DNA from: Azolla caroliniana
Taxonomy: Eukaryota > Plantae > Polypodiophyta
Reading direction: 5' to 3'
NCBI GenBank assembly: GCA_043228905.1
Contig: JBHGNT010000004.1
Coordinates: 16,058,001 to 16,122,000 of the forward strand
Length of the DNA stretch: 64,000 nucleotides
Positions 1 through 11,736 of this stretch are shown here, in pieces. Numbering within the stretch: position 1 is the first letter of the stretch; each line of letters begins with the position of its first letter. The notes beneath the pieces are model-generated. The model was given only the letters and a program-made list of their open reading frames with translations, made no database searches and had not been told where the DNA came from. The translations under genes and the position numbers were made by a program.

Positions 1-1101
1 ATCCATCGTAGCATAGCAATATCCAGTGTAGCACAACTGGATATCATCCCGAGAATAGGTAGACAATCGGTTTCGATTATGACTTCCATTCTGATAAGAT
101 AGTTGCGATCGGTTTTAACCGTGGATACTATTCCCCATAGCTCTCTCTTTACTTGGTTGTACTTTCTTTGTCTTTCGGTCAACACCTTTGGACCGAATCA
201 TATTGCATACTGATTTTGTCTTTGTCTTCTTGGTTAATCACCCATTCAATTCCGGTTGGGCTCGTATCCATTGTCACATATATCGGGGTACCTTCGGTGT
301 AGTCGGCTTTGCGCAATGCTGGAGCTTCCAATAATAGTTTCTTCAACTTTTGAACCACGTAGGTATGCTCGTCTTCCCATTCAAACTTCTTCCTTTTCTT
401 TAGTAGTCCATACAATGGTTCAGCGACATGGGCATAGTGTGGAATCCATATGTGGTAGAATGCACATGCTCCCAAGAATTTCTCACCTCTGTTTGGGACT
501 CACACTCCTCTTTGATGTCTTGGATAGCATTCACCTCGGATGGAGATGGCTTTTGGCCATAAGATTCACATAAGTGTCCTACTACCAATATTTCTGGTTG
601 ACCGAATGCGGACTTCTGTCTTGAAAACGGGAGATTTGCATCCTCAAGGTTTTGCAACACCTCCTCGCTATCCTTTATATGATCGATGACGAATCTTCGG
701 AAACCATCTTCATCTTTTGATTCATCTTTTTCTTCCACCGAGCATCCTTTGATCGGAATGTCATCTAAGAAAGGCATTGTGATATCAGGAATACAAACCT
801 TTAACACTTTGTTCATGGCATTCACCATGTGGGCTACGGAGTTTGTCGCACCTTGGGGTAAGGTGCACATCCTTACCAACCCAATCGGTGTCCTCATTGT
901 TGTAATGTCTCTACTATCGACTGCCAATTGAAATTGATCATAGTCCGAGTAGAGATCACCAATAGAATAGATCGATCTTCCCGCGAAGGCTTCGGTAAAT
1001 TCATCCATGCTTGGACCAATTCTGGCATTTCGGATCGTCGCCTTGTTGATGGGTTGGAGATCTTGAATAAAGTGTAAGGACCCATTCTTCTTCGGCACTG
1101 T
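1..1101 (-). pseudogene. pol: E0 pol fragment (RT core and start of RNase H), frameshifted
   Basis: ORFs 400-1197 and 179-475: YDQFQL...LPQGATNSVAH...PFLDDIPIKG, FYHIWIPHYA, YVTMDTS. Confidence 0.9.
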
Positions 1102-1706
1102 TGTCATGGAGAAAACCGTCCCTCGGAGAAATCGGTGGATGAGATGCGTGAACTGGCCCTTACACACGAGCACATGTTTTGATAGATTTATATACATAGT
1201 TATGTATAGGCCAAAGATGTAACTATCCTAGGTAGCGCTAGTTCATTAAGTAGGGAATCGGGGAGAATAACAGGAATTTAACGGTCTGTAAACGGCTCTC
1301 GCCTTGAGCTATAAAGGGAGAGGGAAGGGGCTTGAGGAGGGATCACATTCTGAAAGGACGAATTGTTGTCGGACTGGGAACCGAGCTCTCTCCTCCACCA
1401 TCACTCTCGCTTCTGTAGGGATCTGGGTTAGGTTGGCTGCTTTTGCTGCTTGAAAGCCTGCATGGTTCCGGTAGAGGCTCCACCGCATATTTTAGGGTGT
1501 GCGTTCGTCTGTGTCTAGTTTTTCACAGGCTTGCCGATTGTTGCATTGCAAGCTATAATCTATATTGTTATTGGATTCTATTCTTTCATTTTCCGTCTCT
1601 CTGTGTTTCTACGAGTCTCTCTCTTTCTCTCTCTCTCTCACGTTCCTCGGTTTAGGGTCCCCGCGGTCCAACCTTATTTCCTATGCGTGTGTGTAACAAC
1701 ACGACA
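1102..1706 (+). repeat. E1 5' LTR (605 bp)
   Basis: TGTCATGG...ACGACA; direct repeat of 24813-25417; TATA-like CTATAAAG near 1308. Confidence 0.95.
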
Positions 1707-1712
1707 TTAATT

Positions 1713-1731
1713 TGGTGAACCCGACGTGAAT
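1713..1731 (+). other. E1 primer-binding site, tRNA-Trp
   Basis: TGGTGAACCCGACGTGAAT, complementary to the recalled plant tRNA-Trp(CCA) 3' end ATTCACGTCGGGTTCACCA. Confidence 0.85.
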
Positions 1732-1753
1732 TAAGGCGGTAGAGGAATAAAAA

Positions 1754-2681
1754 ATGAGGGGATTAGAGCTCGCCGAAGCCATGGCGGAAACAGTGGATCG
1801 GATAGTAAGTGCGCGCGAGGGCACGGGCGCCCTCGATAGGGCCATCGAAGCAATTGTCGGCACAATAGGCCGGTTCAATGGGAAGGATGCCACAAGTTAT
1901 TTGGTGGCCTACCGGGCCAAGATGGTGATGAGGGACATCCCGGAAGAAAGGCGTCTGGTTGGGTTCCCTCGAGTAGCAACACCGAACATCCACGTAGAGG
2001 TGCTCGAGGTGCAGGCTGGATGCCAGACCCAGGGAGAATTTGAAGCGAAACTCCTCGAGCAGTATGGGTTTGATGACACACTTCGGTTATCGAAGCAAGA
2101 TTTTATGGATTGGGTAGAGAGTCCAAGAAAGAGGAGGAATGCATCGGTGCTCCTCTGGGAGTTCGAGGAACGCTTCGCATGACTTTCGGCACTGAACAGG
2201 ATTGTACTGGACATGAGCCGTGTCCTCTTATTCGCCAAAGCTGTGGACGTGAGGGATCGGGAGCAAGTGGGTCTCCTGCTGGAGACAGACGATGGGTTGA
2301 TGACCAACTGGGCCGTGGTAAAGGGGGTCCGCGGCCGTTTCGACAAACGGCGTGAGTGGGTCGACAAGGGCTCGTCGAGAGCTGGAGGGGTTTCGGCGAG
2401 AAACCTCGAGGGACCCCTGCCGGCGCGCAAGGAGGAAAGCCGAGGTTGGCTTGAGACAGGCTCGTCCAGCATGGTCAAGGGGCCATCCAGCGGAGCGGCT
2501 CTAGATGAGCTGACGCAAATGGTACGAGACCTCTTGATCGCACAAGTGAGGAGGGATGGCGACGAGGGCCGAAGGCCTCTGGTGTGACGCGATCGGTCAC
2601 GTCCGGAAGGATTGCGTGAACTTCGCAGAAGCAATAAGGGCTAATGTGGTATACCTATGGAATGGAAGGGTGCACGCTAGT
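1754..2681 (+). pseudogene. gag: E1 gag, N-terminal part (premature stops; interrupted by B1)
   Basis: ORFs 1754-2182 and 2213-2587; GRFNGKDAT.YL motif shared with the gag of E0, F and I; degenerate zinc knuckle near 2580. Confidence 0.85.
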
Positions 2682-3124
2682 TGTTACCCGATCGGCAAAG
2701 GAGTTAAAGACCAGAATGTGAAAGGGATTGTATATTCAAAATCTATTATAATTAAGTAGTTTATGAGACGTGAACGGACGGGCCAGAATCGGTATGCCGA
2801 TCCGGATCCGGACCAGTTCGGAACAGGTGCCAGTTGGCACCGTTTTGTACTCAGCACCGGTGACCTATATAAAGGCCCGGTTACAATGTAAAACTGGGAC
2901 AGATAATTAATAGAGCTTCTTGTTTTATCTTTAAGTGTTGATTATCGTTCGGTGCTAATTGTTCTATCATACACGTGTATCAAGTCTAATGCCATATTGC
3001 TAAGTAACCAATTAAAGTCTGATTAATTGTTGAGTCTTAAGTTATCTTGCCATAGCACCCCTTTGGTGAAGTGTCTTTCGTAGACACCCTGTGTTAGGCC
3101 ATTGTCCAGCCCTAAGGAATAACA
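2682..3124 (+). repeat. B1 5' LTR (443 bp)
   Basis: TGTTACCC...AATAACA; homologous to the B2 LTRs; CTATATAAAG near 2865. Confidence 0.9.
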
Positions 3125-3131
3125 CAATTTT

Positions 3132-3141
3132 TGGCGACCAC
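3132..3141 (+). other. B1 primer-binding site, tRNA-Arg(UCG)-like, 7 nt from LTR
   Basis: TGGCGACCAC; B2 has TGGTGACCACA at the same place. Confidence 0.7.
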
Positions 3142-3600
3142 GATTCCTGCACAATCGCAGCGAACAAAAGCGGGAATGGACGACTAGACCAACGAACAAC
3201 CCGATTACGGAGCGAGCAAGGAGACTTGCTGAACGGCTGAGGAAGCGAGAGGCTTTCCAGCAAGTGGCAGAAGAAATCAGAGTGGATCGGTCATCTTCCA
3301 AGGTGATCCGGAGAGTGGCCGAGTCACTTTGTTCACAACAAAATGACTACCCAGACGAAGGAAGCAGCCTAAGCAGCCTTCGAGAAGCGGAATCCCTTCT
3401 CCAAGAATTGGCTGTGGGAGAAGGCAAATTCGAAGCATTTTCGGCTTTTGAATCGGATTCGGAAGGGGAATACAACGCGCATACGAACTACCGCAACAGT
3501 AACGACACCCCAAATGGACCGGAGGACGAGGAGTCGGATACCTTGCCGACACCGGAACTAGAATTGACAAGCTGGAACCTCCGGCACCGAAGTCGGGCAA

Positions 3601-3765
3601 ACTCCGAAACCAGAAGTCGAGGAAGAGAGACCTCCGAAACTCGAAGTCGAGGAGGAGAGGCCTCCAACACCGAAAGAGGAACAGGAAAGACCTCCGACTC
3701 CGATAGAGGAGCGGGCAAGACCTCCGACGCCAACAGAGGAGGAGGAAAGACAACCGACACCACCA
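3601..3765 (+). repeat. 30-bp coding minisatellite in B1 gag N-terminus (PPTPxEE.. repeats)
   Basis: CCTCC recurs at 3631, 3661, 3691 and 3721; related copies in B2 near 22850-22970. Confidence 0.8.
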
Positions 3766-4330
3766 ACTCATGTACCGACAACATACGACGATATGCCGTT
3801 CCAATATCCCAGATACCGGGATGATCTGGACGCGGAAGTGTTTCAGCAGACCTGGGAGGCAAACCATGTGTCCCAACGCTTAAATGCGGCCGAACAGGAA
3901 TGCTCAAAAATGGTAAAGTTTGGCATGACCCTAGAGGGACCGGCTACAAAATGGCACCGAACACAAGATCCCAACACCATCCCCATGTTTGAAGCATTAA
4001 AGATTAAATTCTTGCATTTCTTTCAAAAGGAGATGGACCAACGGGAAATGGTAGACCTATTTTACATTATCTGGCAGGAACCAACGAAGAACATTCAACA
4101 GTTTGTCATCCGGTTCCAGCGGATCCACAGTCAGCTCAGTTGGGCACTTCCGAAGGAAGAAACAAAGGCCATATTCTTAGCAGCACTCCGGGAACCCTTA
4201 CGAATGGTGTGCATCGTCATTGATTTCCGCACTAGTAGCATAGATCAAGTGATCGATCGAGTTCGGGAAATGGAAAATCAAGTTCATGGCTAACCATGGG
4301 CGCACTTCAGCATGCAGTACCGACAGATGA

Positions 4331-4564
4331 GGACCTCCACTTCCGGCAAGCAATTCAATGTACGACATGCCTGAATGCTAGACATTCGACATTGGAATGT
4401 ACCATGCGTTCCCAATGCTTGCTCTGCAACTCCAGAAGTCACACAATGGACCTCCGCTTTCGGCAAGCAATTCAATGTACAACATGCCTGAATGCCGGAC
4501 ATTCGGCGTTGGAATGCACCATGAGTTCCCAATGCTTGCTCTGCCACTCCAAAAGTCACACAAT
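4331..4564 (+). repeat. 117-bp tandem duplication of the zinc-knuckle pair in B1 gag
   Basis: GGACCTCC at 4331 and 4448; FRQAIQCTTCLN...CLLC..SHTM occurs twice. Confidence 0.9.
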
Positions 4565-7500
4565 GGAATGGTGTGAGTATAACTTGTTAAATCAGCAAGC
4601 ACCACCGGTCCGGCAAATTGAACCACGAGCAACCGGGAGGAAGAAGAAGAACGCTACCGGCCGGCACAAGATGTCCGGTACAGCGATCGAAGACACGCTT
4701 ATGACCGGTATGACAGACAGGATAGATACCGAGACTATAATGGACGGTACGAGAGATACAACCGGGATCACTCCCCTGGTTACAACCAATGATGGGATGA
4801 CTATGGCAAGTATGACGACCAACCCCGTCAAGGTTACCGAAACAAAAAGAATTTCAACAAGAAACATCATTTCACAGGAACCGGAAAAGGTCACTCCAAG
4901 CAGCCAACTGGACCAAAACCAAGCACTTACCACAGGACCTCAACCGGGTGCGGGCATAAACGCTGAATCTAGCAACGCCCGGAAGGCGTACTGCTATTAT
5001 TGCCAGCAGGAAGGCCATTATAGTAACCAATGTCCGGTGAAAAGCTACGACAAGCGACCATCGGTGAACATGGTAGACGCGGAAGTCGCGGACTTACAAC
5101 AAGTCACTACAAGATCAAAAGGCAAAGCCACGGAGTGGGAAACTCAAGAAGCCATCCGGAAGCAGGCAACTGAATGGGTGAAGAAGGAAAATGAGCAGAA
5201 TGTGGTAGAGCTCGAACAATAAAAGTAGAATGCCGAAGAGCTCACCGGCATAGGGCAGCCCGAAAACCCAACATGGCAGTACAAGAATGCCAAATAATGT
5301 TGCCATTAGGCCGGCTATTACAACTGGTACCACACTTCACGGAAGGACTGAAGACAAGAAGGACGGCAACCGACACACCACTGGCTCCGACTTTCTTTTC
5401 AAATCCGGAGGAAGGACCGATAGTAGTAGACACGAGCAGTCCAGCAATCACAACCATCGTGAAAGGAAAATAGCTACCCGACACGATTATCGATGGAGGA
5501 TCCGGCGTGAACGTGATCAACCTCCGAACATATAGCACTCTAGGAATCCATGACTGGGAACCATGCCCGTTTTGGCTTCGGATGGCGGACACAAGCTCAG
5601 TACGGCCGACCGGATTAATACATGATTTGGAAGTGACCATCGAGGGTCACACATTTCGCATTTTCGCAGTAGTTCTCCAGTTATAGTCTTAGGGAGCTTA
5701 CCCACTATTGTTGGGACGCCCTTGGCTTAAAACCACACACATCAAGCAAAATTGGAGGAAGAATATAATTACGTTCCGGCGTGCAAAAGCGAAAGTGCGA
5801 GTACTGACTCAACCACGGTCGGGTACTGGCAAGGAATTGACACCGCTATATGCGGAATGTGTCAACATGCTGGAAGGATTGGCGGACGAAGAGGTCGATC
5901 AATACTTACGGGAAAATCCGAAGATCGTACCGCTGTTCAAAATTGATGTAGTTGAAGCAGTATCACCGTACATACTGCAACCGGACGGGACCGACGAGGA
6001 ACCGGATAAAGAAGCAATTCGGGAGTTACGGTAAGCACAAGAGGCACTAGAAAGAGAAATGGCAGTGTTGCAACATGTAAAAGCATCCCAACTAGAAGAG
6101 GTAAACCTAGGCACCATAGAGGACGCAAGACCGGTTCACATCGCCAAGGAAATGACCCCAGAGAACAAAATGGCAATGATCACACTCCTAAAAGAATTTC
6201 GCGATGTGTTCACCTGGTCCTATGAGGACATGCGGGGACTCGATCCTTAGTTGTATCAACACCAGATACATATGAGTAAAGACGCCAAACTAGTAGCGGA
6301 ACGGCGTTACCGGATGAACCTGAATTACGCAACAAAAGTCAAAGAAGAAAACGACAAGTTGCTAAGGGTTGGCTTCATCCGATCGGTAAAGAAAGCCACA
6401 TGGCTCAGTCCGATAATCGTAGTACCGAAAAAGATTGGTAAGATAAGAGTTTGTGTCGACTACCGAAAATTGAATGCAGCTACGGTAACGGACGCCTTCC
6501 CACTTCCATTCACGGATGGAGTATTGGATGCGGTCGCCGGTCATGAGGTATACAGTTTTTTGGACGGTTTCAGCGGCTATAATCAGATCCGGATGCACCC
6601 CGAGGACAAGGAGAAAACCGCTTTTGTCACCGAATGGGGAGTCTTTGTTGCCGTAGTTATGATGTTCGGACTGAAAACGGCGCCAACCACCTTCCAGCAG
6701 ATCATCATGAAGATTTTCGGAGAATTCATTCCGGCATTCATGCAGGTGTTCTTGGACGACTTCGTTGTTTATAGCCGGGAAGGGGATCACCTTCAACACC
6801 TCCGACTATGTTTGGAGAAATGTAGGGTTTACCGGCTAAGCCTTAACCCGGAAAAATGCGCGTTCGGAGTGTCCAGCAAAGCATTACTTGGCCACATCGT
6901 GAGCAAGGACGGTATTGCAGTGGATCCAGACAAGGTCAAAGCTATTTTGGAGGCACCAACACCAACCACGGCAAAGGCATTAAGCCGGTTCTTAGGACAA
7001 ATTCGGTGGCATAACCGAATGCTCCGGTATCTGGCAGACCTGGATACACCATTGCATGCCACGGTACATCGGACACTGTTCCAATGGACGGACACAGAAG
7101 ACAAGGCTTACCGGGCACTAAAAGTATTGTTGTCACAAGCGTTGGCGGTGCAACCTCTGGATTGGTCTAAAGAGTTCCATGTGTTTGTTGACGCATCGCA
7201 ATCGGGACCACGCTTATGCAACATACAGAACCGAAGTGGTGCCGGCCAGTGTATTATGCCAGCCGGAAGTTGTCCCAAGCGGAACGTAATTATTCCACAA
7301 CGGAAAGGGAGACCTTGGGCATGATCTACAGTGTCACCATGTTTAGACACTATATGTTGGGAAGGAAATTTTCCTTTCACGTAGATCATTCGGCGCTCCT
7401 CTATTTGGTGTCCAAAGCATCACTCACCGGTAAGCTGGCTCGGTGGACATTACTATTACAAGAATTTGAGTTCGAGATATTCCACCGACCCGACATACAA

Positions 7501-9477
7501 CATGTGGTAGCAGACTATTTGAGCCGGTTAGATTCCTGGACGGCATCCCAGACGAGTTCCCGGACGCAGAACTGTTTAGAGTCAGAGCAGAAATGGCAAC
7601 GGATGGTACGGTTGCAGAGGAAGACAAGTGGCTCACCAACATGCACCAATTTCTGAGCACCGACTTACCTCCGAAGGAGATGAACAGAGACGAGAGGAAA
7701 CGCTTAGCTATTCAAAGCCGGCACTTCTGTCTATTACAGGACACACTGTACCACAAAGGCGTAGATGGCATATGGCGGCGTGTAGTGCGCAGCGACGAAA
7801 AGGACATAATATTGCGCGAAGCACAATGCGGAGTAGCTAGAGAACATTATGCCGGAGATGCTACGGCAAGGAAAATATGGCAGAGTGGACTATGGTGGCC
7901 AACAACATTGAAGGATGCAGTCCGGTATGCTAAAGAATGCGACCTATGTCAGCGAATGGGCCAACCAACCGAACAAGCCAAGATGCCTCACCAGCCCGTG
8001 CTACCGTAAGAACCATTTCAGAAATGGGGGCTGGATTTTGTCGATCCATTCAAACCACTAGCAATGAGAACTGGCAACCGGTACGTGATTGTCGCTACGG
8101 ATTATTGCACAAAATGGGTGGAAGCCAAAGCACTACGTGACAACACCGCGGCATCCACTGCAAAAATTTTATATGAATACATCTGGTGCCGGTATGGATG
8201 TTCGATAGAGCTAATAAGTGACCAAGGTGGGCACTTCTTAGGGCAAGTAGTGGAAAGTTTGACGACATTCTATGCGGTGGTGCACAAACGGAGCACTCCC
8301 TATTATCCGCAAGCCAACGGATTAACCGAGACAACAAATAAAACACTACAGAACATCCTTCGAAAAATCGTCAATGAGAACTGGACGGATTGTGATACAA
8401 AGCTACACAATGCACTCTGGGCCTATCGAACGACATATAAGACAAGTATCCGCACAACACCGTTTCGCCTAGCATTCGGATTGGAGGCAGTGATTTCGGT
8501 CGAGTTCCAGGTACCGAGTTTACGAATACAAATTCGGGAACACCTAAATGAGAAGGAATCGGAAGCAATTCGGTAAGCCACACTATGCGAATTGGAAGAA
8601 CACCGGCTAGCCAGCATGATGCACCTAGAACTAGAGCAGCGGCGAAGGAAAGCGTTCGTGGATCGTCACCGAAAAGGGAACGAAAAGATGTTCGAAATCG
8701 GTAAGCCGGTACTAGTATTCCAGACCCGGATGGGTAAGATGCCGGGGAAGCTACGGTTTCGGCGGACCAGTCCATACTGGATCATGCGTGAGTTCAACAG
8801 TTCCTACCAGTTAGTGACACTCGCCGGCGAGGTTTTGGGTAAATGGGTCAATGGGTGGTTCCGACTCAAACCATACAATGGACCCATGCCAAGAAACCCA
8901 TTTGAACAAGTATAGGCCGACACAGAACCGGACACCGGTAAGACGGAAGAGACGGCAACACCTTTAGTAATCGGCAAACGCGAAGCCGGTAAGAGGGAGC
9001 ACAAGTCGGAAAACGGCAAGAACGATGCGACAGCAAGCAGTCCAGCGCCCAGCAAGTCCCACAATTCGGATAGGGGTCCGATGGGACCGGATGCGAATTA
9101 ACCAAAAACAGTTTTATTAATAAATAAATAAATAAAATCAAAGTGAATCATGCAACGGCGAGGTGTGAACGGACACATGCAAGAACGAGGAGTGAATAGG
9201 CACTTTGAAAAGGTACGTAGTGGGCTATTAATAGGGTATTAAACCACCATCACATGGCACATCATTCTATTCTCGTACACGACGTGCACACGCATGGGTA
9301 AGAAAAAAAGGCGCCAACATGCAGCAAGAAAACTCCCATCGCATGGAGGTCTTCACATTTCGCGAACCGAGGAGCACAAACGCACACAGGCGATTGAAGA
9401 TCATCATACGCGAGTCCACACACACAGAGCCTCCTCAAACACATCCCTCACCAGCGCTCACCGACCTCGAAGAAGCC

Positions 9478-11736
9478 ATGGACTGCCAAGCCATCTCTGA
9501 AGCAGCCAAGAAGTGGCTAAGGCAACACGGGTTAGAAGGTTTCCTCACGATCATGGAGATGCCACCGCACCCAGAGGTGGAGAAGATAGTAAAGGAAATC
9601 GACACAGAACTGATCACGGAGGAGGCTATCCATGCTTTGATTGGCCTTCCAAAGGGGGGCATCTTCACTATCGACAACTCCGAAAATATTTTGGCGAATA
9701 CTCTCTAGCCAGCAAGGCCTACAGGACATAGGGCGGCAAAGATACATTATTTCGAGAGATTGCCCGTGTGCTCCATGAATTTGGACATGTATACCCTCCA
9801 CCCCCGTGCATGCCTCAGAACCGAGCCGGCTTAGTCATAGCAATGTATGAAGGCGTGAAGATGGACTGGCCGGTACTGATTGCGGACGGCCTCTGTGCAT
9901 CCATCGACTCTGTAAGAGGCAACGAGGATCGGAAAATACGGACTGCAGTGGCGCAATGGCTCACCCTATTGGCGCCACCTATCGAGCCCGTCAAGACCAC
10001 GAAGCAGGGGAGAACAACCGAAGGCACCCGAAAATGGCTTCGTAACGGCAATAGTTGTTGGCCTCTAAGGCACCCAAAGGGAAGGCGGCCGACACGGACA
10101 AGGCGAAAAAAGAGCATGCCAATAGGAAGCGGCAGGCGGAAACGCAGGAGGAGACACCGACACGGCTAATCAAGATCATATTTCACCGACCGGTTCAACA
10201 AGAGCCGGACCCCTTGGCAGCAAAAATCAACATCGGGACTCAAGAGGAGGAAGCGGAGGAGGAACCGTTAGAGCACCTTCAACGACGCCAGAAGGCAAGC
10301 ACCGCGGAACAGGCTGGGGAGTGTTCGGACCCAAAGAAGGATGGAACGCCTCTACCCTGCACTGAGCATCCCGCACCAAGGGGGGAACCGGAACCGGTTC
10401 GGACAGAACCGGTCACAGAGCTCCCTCCACCACAAGCTATATCGGCGGGTCAGGATACGGCAAGACCCGAAATTCAAGCGCCGATAGTACAGTTGCCTCC
10501 CTCACCGGCAGGTCAAGAGAAATCAAAGGAGGAGCGGCCAACGGAGGCGCAACTGGAACCAGAACGGCATAGTGGTCACCAACCAGAGACAGAGTTGCAG
10601 CTCGATGCAACCAGACAAGACAAACCACTGGCTAGCGAAACCAATAGCCAACCCTCCGTGCAGACGCAACAACAGGGCACCGGCAGCCAATGGCTCCGGT
10701 GGATTGGAGAACAGATTGCCGGAGTAGTGCACTACATAGAGGAGGAAGCGAAAGCACAGATGGACCGGTTTCTAGTCACAACCGGAGAACTAGAGACGGC
10801 CCGGTCGAGGATCCGGAGCCTAGAACAAGACTTGGACCTGGCCATAGAAGAATTGGCCAAAATGGCCTTAACCGGACCACTAATCCAAGCACTGGTGACT
10901 CCGGTAGATGTACAGAATAAAGACACACAAACACCTATACATAGTAATAGGACCCCGGAGACAGTGGTGGCGCAAGTGAAAGAGCTTGCCGAATTGAAAG
11001 ATGAACTGGCCGCACAAGAAGCATTACGCACCCGAGTAAGGGACTTGAAGAAAGCGGCAGAAGAAGAACAAAGAAAGACTGCTGAGAACCTCCGCCGAGC
11101 ATAGGAGAATTTGCGGAAAGGACATCAGGCATATGACCAGCTTAAGGAGGAGAAAGAGAAAGTGCTGCAAGCTGCGACGGATGGCGGAAACGGAGATTGA
11201 AAGACTTAAAGAAGAACTCTGTCAACAGAAAGATCGGGAAGACCGCGCTCGCCGGCAACTCAACCAAAAGATGAAGCAGAAGACCAATGATTTTGAGCAG
11301 CTGCACCGGGACTATAAGCACCTGGATACGGAGCATAAGAAGCAATAGGAGAAGATGGCAGAGCTCTGGCAGGAAGTTCATCGAGCCGAGACAGCGCTAG
11401 CTGAAGAACGGGCTGAAAGAGCAACGCTACTGGAGGAAGCCGCGTAGGAACGTATGAGGCTCCATAAGCAGCATTATGAAGAAAAGGAAAGAGCAACAAT
11501 GGTATTGCAGAGGTTGTAGAACACCTACCAAAACTAATTGTCACATTACCCGGATCAGGAGGCCGACATGGGGAAGTTGATCAAGCAATTGAAGGAAGAA
11601 CGACAAGCCGTGGAGGGCACATCAAAGATGGGACTTGAGCGGATCCAGTTCATTGTCCAGGCATGGAGGAACAAGACAAAACTCTTGAGTGATGAAAGCT
11701 CCGTGCAATGGTGGAACAAATGGGCAAAGCACAGAG
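9478..11736 (+). pseudogene. B1 extra ORF remnant (homologue of C ORF 45698-48325)
   Basis: WLRQHGLEGFL, YFGEYSLASKAY, CMPQNRAG, coiled-coil segments, QWWNKW. Confidence 0.85.

Larger units (their letters stand above)
3176..8915 (+). pseudogene. pol: B1 gag-pol (gag, CCHC knuckles, protease IIDGGSG, RT, RNase H, integrase), multiple stops and frameshifts
   Basis: ORFs 3793, 4296, 6251 (VDYRKLN...FLDGFSGYNQI...FLDD), 7216, 7593 (HHCC region), 8064 (DYCTKW...SDQG...NGLTE), 8592. Confidence 0.93.
2682..11736 (+). mobile_element. B1: tRNA-Arg-primed non-chromovirus gypsy element with extra ORF; 3' LTR deleted
   Basis: 5' LTR 2682-3124, PBS, gag-pol 3176-8915, extra ORF from 9478. Host gag resumes at 11737 (RVHAS|ETQRAL); TSD CTAGT/CTAGC. 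Confidence 0.9.

Noticed and set aside
1097-1101. 5-bp TSD (ACTGT/ACCGT) for E1
   Set aside because: It would need the terminal A of the 3' LTR; equal 605-bp LTRs ending in CA and frame restoration fit a 4-bp duplication.
400-1197. Chimeric ORFs (400-1197, 35283-36389, 48684-50387, 57980-58510, 60274-60633, 11538-11915) as novel fusion genes
   Set aside because: Each crosses an insertion or deletion junction and simply reads into LTR or neighbouring element sequence.
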